DNA from: Perna viridis | Taxonomy: Eukaryota | Direction: 5' to 3' | DNA: 64,000 bases | NCBI GenBank assembly: GCA_037379345.1 | Contig: CM074512.1 | Location: forward strand, 4,712,001 to 4,776,000 | Shown here: one piece after another, positions 57,136 through 64,000 of the stretch | Layout: the number at the start of each line of letters is the position of its first letter | How positions within the stretch are numbered: the stretch's first letter is position 1 | Notes under the pieces: model-generated | What the model was told of the DNA's origin: nothing | The model's input: the letters and a program-made list of their open reading frames with translations, nothing else | Databases searched by the model: none | Program-made: the position numbers and the translations under genes

Positions 57136-60100
57136 TTCTCAGGTTATTGATATAGTAGGATTTATGATTCATGCGGGTATATTTTTTATTTCTTTTTACT
57201 AGTGTGTGTACTACTATAATTAGCAGCGTTACAAAAGGCAGCCTTATCTATGTCCATCGAAATCAACATTGACTAGTTACAGAAGATTTTCATGGTAATT
57301 TGAACAAATTTTCCATCTCGGTAAACAGGTATTTTCTGGCAAATTGTTAAGTGTTTGACTCAATTATTAACTTGGTCATATTCCCCAAATTAAGTCTGAT
57401 TTGTGTGGTTTTAGATTGGTTTTAGTCAGCAAAAGCAGTGAGATCAAAAAGGCAAAGAAGGTAATGGAAATCTTCTGCCATAAATATTACGTGTCTTGAC
57501 GCCGTGTAACTGTAACTTGTTATTGTATATATGATGACCTATTCGTAACTCAGGGAGATTATTATTATTATTATTATTATTGTAGGTATTTTTTGTATCA
57601 ATGTGTTATTTTTTTTTTTCATAGTTTTGAACTATTTTACATATTTAAAATTGTTGAGCAACTTCATCCATGTTTCTGAGGAATTAGTATCAATTCTTGA
57701 TAGCTAACGACATAAATTCAATGTGCAAATGTTCCTCATAACTTGCTATAACTGGTAACAGAAATGTTAGTTTACTCCTGTTCAATGGTTTTATACTGGT
57801 TTGTACATCACCCTCCAACAGCTTGCGGCACAAATGATTTTTCATACATGTGACGCCATCTGACATCAATGATAGACCCTTTGTAAAAGTTTGCTCACTC
57901 AATGTTCTATTTTGTTTTGTTATTTTCACCAAATTACCTCTTTCATTGGACTACCTCGCTTATTTTTATTTTGTTGAAAGTATTTATGAAATCAAATGCA
58001 TGCTTTTGTACATATTATTCACGTTTAAACAATGTCGTTGGACAATCTTGTACTTGTTTCATATCCAGAATGATATAGTATTGATAACCCCATCATAATT
58101 TACATTTAATGTGATATTGTATTATTCTAACATACATGAACAAATTCATTCACGTTTGTTGAAAAATATAATGAAAAGAAGGCAGTCATTTATTGAGCCA
58201 TTAGTTAGGTAGCTATTATTATTCTGAAATAGCTTTTTGCATATTATACTTTCAAAACCGTTGAATAAACTAGTCCTAGTTTAGGAATTAAAAATGGAAG
58301 TAATTTATGTTTCCGTATTTCAAAAGTGTCCAGTATGATAGTTTCTCGTGTGCTTTAGTGCTATATACAGTTTAAGTGTCTATATAAATGTATAAACATT
58401 CTACCTCTTATCACAATATATGTCATTTTTCATTTTATTGGTGCATTACCATTTATCCAGTTGTTGGAAGAATATTTTGGTAAATTTTAAATAAAATGTT
58501 TTACAAAAAAGCGAATGAGTCATTGATATTAGGTCCAGAGTTCATGACCCCATGCTGCTAATATGCCGGGTCAGTTGGATGTTTGTGCTTTATTGTTGAG
58601 CACTGCAATCAGATAAGGGCTGAAGTCATTACTTACAAAGGCGATTAGCCAACTGCATCCATCAGTTATATTGATTTATCTGCTGATTGTTGTAGCATTC
58701 GATAAGAAATAGCCACGTCAAGGTTACGCTGACCTACTGCATACAATCTAAAATTCAGTTTTATTCCTTTAGTATTTATGACAGGGTCCTCTCAAATGTG
58801 AAACTTGTAACAAATTTATACTAATGGAAAAAGAAACTGTGCATGTATCTTTTCAAGAAGGAAAGTTTTTCTTTCAATATTTTAACACATGAATGTCTTA
58901 TTCTTCTTTCCAAAGCATTTCAATTCAAATTTTCATGATTGGGAATAGAAAACAACTTTTTTATATATAAAAAAAGAAAGGGGGGGTGGGGGGGAGTCAT
59001 AAATCTGATCTTTAAAAAACGTACATTTTTAAATATCGTATTTGGATTATGATTTCCGGCGAAAACATTTGATCCTCATTCTGTGGAGTTTAAAGTTTTT
59101 GGGGTAAAAAAGATTTTTTGAATCTCGGAAATTGGAATTAACAAATTTTCAATTCATTGCCTAAAAATGATCTTCATCATTACCATGACAATTGTTTTAA
59201 AAATATTCAAGCGAATATCTGCAATTTTAAGTATTTTATGCGTATTTTACTTGTTTACCTTCCCCAAAATCATTGTGTTGATTTAAATGGAAGTATTTTA
59301 TGGTGATACCTGTGTTTTTTCATTAGATTTCATTTTTCAAGTGATTGCTGAGCAGTAAATAGTAATATATTCGATTTTATTTGAAAAAAAAAATGAGTTG
59401 AAGCGAGGCACCCCAAATCTGGGATCACTCTTTTCGTGGTTATATACTAGTGGGGCTGCATATTTGAAAGTGGGATCTAGCCCCTGTGCTCCGCCCTGAG
59501 TTCATCGTGCATCTTATTTATTCGTCATATACTACCGGACTAACCTTTCCCTCGTCTGGGTAAATGTATGTAACTGCAACTCTGTTTAATCACTTTATTA
59601 CACGACACTCTGTCATAAACTCTACTACACACATTGTCAATATTGACTTGACACTTCAACATATACGTAACATAGTGCTAATCAATCGACCAGTGGGAGG
59701 AATGCAGTACCGAGTAGACACATGCATGTGTATGACTGATAAAGAACTTTTTCCCCGGGAAAAATCGATCAAATTACATTGCCTTTGGTGTTGATCAATG
59801 AGAAGGATATCGGTTTCCAACATATTGCTAAATGGTCATTTAAGCGTTGGTTTTCGAGTACTGTGAACTGATCACATTATTAATCTCCCAATGATAAAAA
59901 AAGAAACGTACTTTTATCGACTAAGGCCACATCAACCACGGTATTTTCCAAAATGTACGTCCATCAGACGAAAATGCGATTTGAAAGTTTCAAATATGGC
60001 ACAAAAAAAAAAAAACAATAAAAAAAACTGACAATACTGTAACGATCTGACAAAAGTGTTGAACTTTCAATTCGATCCGCAAGAATTATTCAGCATGCTC

Positions 60101-61417
60101 TCACCTGTTTTATGATCTGCTCGCTATGTAGTTAGGAGACAATATGTAGTTGTGCATGATATAATAAAAAATAAAACAAAAACAAGACAAAAAAACAAAC
60201 AAAAAAAAACAAACAAAAACAAAAAACAAAAAAAATAACCCCTCAAATTTTGCGGCAGATTCAGCGCTAAAAAGCTATAAAACCGGATTTAACCGACTAT
60301 TTCTATCGGAAATGTCCAGTCAGGACCATTCGGTGGTTTCATTTTGTATAATCATGAAGACCTTTATGATGTTATTTTGAGTGACAGTATAGAATTGTTA
60401 ATGCGTATCTCGCGCAGGAGTCTGACCATTGTGTCTGTGGGTCCATAGTAGTTGGCTCTACATGGACGTATAATGGATTATAACTTATGTTCAATGTTGC
60501 GGGGCACACGCGAACAAGCTTTATGATTTTAAGTATTGTCCTGCTGTGTCACAAATTAAAAACGTGTAATCTTCTGGTCAGCTGGTCTTTGTCATGAGGC
60601 AAGTCTTAATCAGTTCTTTACGGATGATTTTTTCCCAATTTAACCATGGAAATTATACTGCGTTATAAAGATAAAGAGTATAAGTGTTGGGTTTTCATAT
60701 AGAAAGAAATTGCTAAACTGTGTCTTAATTTTCTGTACAATTTTCTCTCTTTCTGTTTATTTTTTCCTTAATTTAAAAGGAAAATCAAATATAAAAATAA
60801 ATGAAATTAAAATCTGATTTTACCATAAAACGCAATAAAATAGAATCATAGAACAATAATTATGGCATTAAAAATTCTGGAATATTGGCGTGTTAACATA
60901 TTGTCCTCATTTAAGTTATACGCCAAAATGTGTCAAGTTATCAATTTTGAAAGAAACATGACACTTACTCCTAAAGATTTGTCGAACAACTTCGGTTACT
61001 GTTGCAAGAAAACTATCGTTTGCTATCTACAGATTCCATTGATAATATAATTCCACTCTTTTTGGTGTAGTTTAGCAAGTAGTTGACAACAGGACACTAA
61101 ATTAAGATTCTTGACTTTGCCATTTTAAGTTTATTTTCGTATTGTAATGATTCGATGTAATCATTCCCCTTTTGCAGTCAAAGAAATGTAACCGAAAATG
61201 ACTTGATGCATCATTTGAATCAATCGATGCTTTAATATGACGTGGTAAAATCCGTCTTTTATACAGGGACAACCAACATATACGTGGGCTGACACCTGTA
61301 TTATGTAGCAGGTGTACTATTGTCGGGAACAAAATGGCCATTGGTTATACTAAGAATTGCATTCTTCAAGACATGACATGACGCGAAACCATGTATAAAG
61401 CTACAAGAGTTTCCACA

Positions 61418-62570
61418 GATATATGACCAATGTAAGAGATGTGACCAATATTTGATATACGACCAATATATGGTATGTCTAATTTAGTTTACAACAATTT
61501 TATTTGTTAACTTTACAAAAGGCATAGGACACGATTTTAACCAACTTATGAAGTCTTCTCCCAACAATAATATTAAATACATAAATTAAAATATTGAGGG
61601 CATGCATTAAATCATTATTAATATTAAAAAGATATTTTCAGGACAATTAAAAAAAGAAAAACAACAGTACAATGAAAAAATGACTTATTTTATAGACTAT
61701 AACTAATGTTTTATGACCGATGTTAGGGATATGACCAACGTTGGATGTTTTATGACCGATGTTAGATATATGTCCAACGTTAGATGTGTATTACCGATGT
61801 TAGTGATATGGCCAACGTTGGATGTGTATGACCGATGTTAGTGATATCACCAACGTTGGATGTGTATGACCAATGTTAGTGATATGTCCAACGATGGAGA
61901 TATGACTAATATTTGATATGCAAGTATGACCAATGTTAGAGTTTTGACCAATGTTAGAGATACGAACAGTGTTGGATATACGTCTACTGTTATAGATATG
62001 TCTAGAAATATGACCGATGTTGGAGTTTTGACCAACGTTGGAGATATGACCAATGTAAGAGATATGACCAAAGTTTGATATATGGCTAATGTTGGAGATA
62101 TGACCAATGTAAGAGATATGACCAAAGTTAAAGATATGACCAGTGTTATATATATGAACAATGTTAGATATTTTACCCATATCAAATTTATGACCAATGT
62201 TGGATATATGACCAATATTTGAGATATGATGAATGTTGAGTGTATAACTGATATTAGAGATATGACCAATGTTAGAGATATGACCAAAGTTAAAGATATG
62301 ACCAGTGTTATACATATGAACAATGTTAGATATTTTACCCATATCAAATTTATGACCAATGTTGAAGGTTTGACCAATGTTGGATATATGACCAATATTT
62401 GAGATATGATGAATGTTGGATGTATGACTGATATTAGAGATATGACCAATGTTAGAGATATGACCAATGTTAGAGATATGACCAATATTATAGGTATGAA
62501 CAATGTTAGATGAATTACCCATATCAAATTTATGACCAAGGTAGGATATATGAACAATGTTTTGATATTC
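61418..62570. repeat. 18-bp minisatellite with higher-order duplication, interrupted by a LINE fragment
   Basis: Unit GATATGACCAATGTTAGA; ~160-180-bp blocks repeated at ~62100-62460. Confidence 0.93.
61483..61682 (-). mobile_element. LINE 3'UTR fragment, same family as 687-2118
   Basis: TTAGTTTACAACAATTTT..CCAACTTATGAARTCTTCTCCCAACAATAATAT..ATTGAGGGCATGCAT matches 692-915. Confidence 0.85.
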
Positions 62571-63029
62571 TGTCTAACATCGACTTTAAGCCGTGGCTGT
62601 ACTATTTGTTAGAGTTCAGGAACACGAATGGTTCCAGTTCGTAAGTCTAATGACCTGTTAGCAAAGACAAATTAATAACATATATCATCTACTACGACTT
62701 CTACGATGATGGTAATTTTAATTGGATTATTTTCGGAGATGGTACACGGTTCTCCAATCTTCGTTGATGCACGCGTGTTCATCCAATTCGGAATTTTGGA
62801 AAATCTGGAACGAAAAGGTCAAAATTAAATTGGGGAAAGGTAAAATAGTTATGTAAACAAAAGTTTACACTGAAAAAAAATAAAATAAGCAATCATTTTA
62901 ATTAACTTATACATGTAACAAATACTTGTTCTATTTAGGATCTTTACCAATGGGATCTCCATTTTATCATTGTTTTACCACGGGCTGACCATTTATGTCG
63001 CATTATTTCATCCCGAGCGATAGCGAGTC

Positions 63030-63750
63030 AGTCAGTACTAATAGTACCTTTTGTCGAAAAGGACCCGATCAGTACTAGCAATACTTATGGTCTAAAATGG
63101 ACTCCAACAAGTACTAGCAGTACCTATGGTTAAAAATGGACCCCGACAAGTATTAGTAGTACCTATGGTCTAAAAATGGATCCGATCAGTACTGGTAATA
63201 CCTATGGTTTAGAATGGACCTGATCAGTACTGGTAATACCAACGGTTTAGAAAGGACTCCGATCAGTTCTGTTTATACATTTGGTTATAGAATGAACCCG
63301 ATAAGTACAAATAATACATATGGTCTAAAATGGACCCCGATTAGTAATAGTAGTACCTATGGTCTAAAATGAACATCGATCAGTACTAGTAGTACCTATG
63401 GTCTAAATGGATCCGATCAGCACTAGTAATACCTATGGTATAGAATGGACCTGATCAGTACTAGTAATACTTATGGTCTAGAATGGACATCGATCAGTAC
63501 TAGTAATACCTATAGTCTAAAAAGGACTCTAAAAGTACTAGTAGTACCTATATTCTAAAATGGACCCGATCAGTACTAGAAATAACTATGGTCTAAAATG
63601 GAACCTATAAGTATTAGTAAAACCTATGGTTAAAAATGGATCCGATCAGTGCTAGAAATGCATGTGGTCTAAAATGGACACGGATTAGTAATAGTAGTAC
63701 CTATTGTCTATAAGGACCCGGTCAGGAATAGTAAGCCCTATAAAGTAGAA
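63030..63750. repeat. Minisatellite, ~39-bp unit, ~18 diverged copies
   Basis: Unit GATCAGTACTAGTAATACCTATGGTCTAAAATGGACCCC. Confidence 0.93.
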
Positions 63751-64000
63751 CTTACTACTTGTTTTTGAAAAATAAGTGGAGTTCCGTGAGAGGAGCGTCA
63801 TTTACTTTAAAAATTAATATAATTCCACCTATTCTTAATGACAGATCGAGAACTTTATATTTTCATTAATACAAAATGAAATGTCCACTATAAAATAGCA
63901 TACTTTAGGTTTTTTGTGGATGAAGGTTGGGTTTCGTTGTTATTTTTCTTATTTTCCACCAAACATAAGCACAGTGGTAGAAAGATATCGTAAGGTATTT

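Noticed and set aside
10256-63750. Tandem arrays as CRISPR arrays
   Set aside because: Units are contiguous with no unique spacers, there are no cas genes, and the DNA is eukaryotic with spliceosomal introns.

Overview
AT-rich eukaryotic genomic DNA with spliceosomal introns; the repeat complement suggests a bivalve mollusc (inference). There are two host genes on the + strand. (1) A multi-exon zinc transporter ZnT6/SLC30A6, reconstructed by hand from 11 GT-AG exons (11296-30240, 413 codons plus stop); its start codon was not found, and there is a candidate extra upstream exon at 5624-5664. (2) A bZIP transcription factor of the giant/PAR type with a single coding exon (56110-57135). The rest is decayed mobile DNA: at least 8 fragments of Naiad-type Penelope-like retroelements (GIY-YIG, then CxC, then RT), two back-to-back CR1/L2-group LINE remnants, a SINE with a 13-bp TSD, tRNA-derived SINE heads, non-autonomous Helentron-like elements, MITEs, a hAT transposase relic and many minisatellites. 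Most notable: three 5' splice sites of SLC30A6 are themselves tandemly amplified (5, 8 and 2 donor copies). Also notable are a conserved closed RNA fold in the Naiad 3' region, a minimal hammerhead-like motif, a ZnT6 with a further-eroded transport site plus a His-rich tail, and a CpG-decay contrast between intronic and intergenic copies of the same retroelement. All family assignments come from motif recognition, not database searches. Repeat boundaries are approximate.
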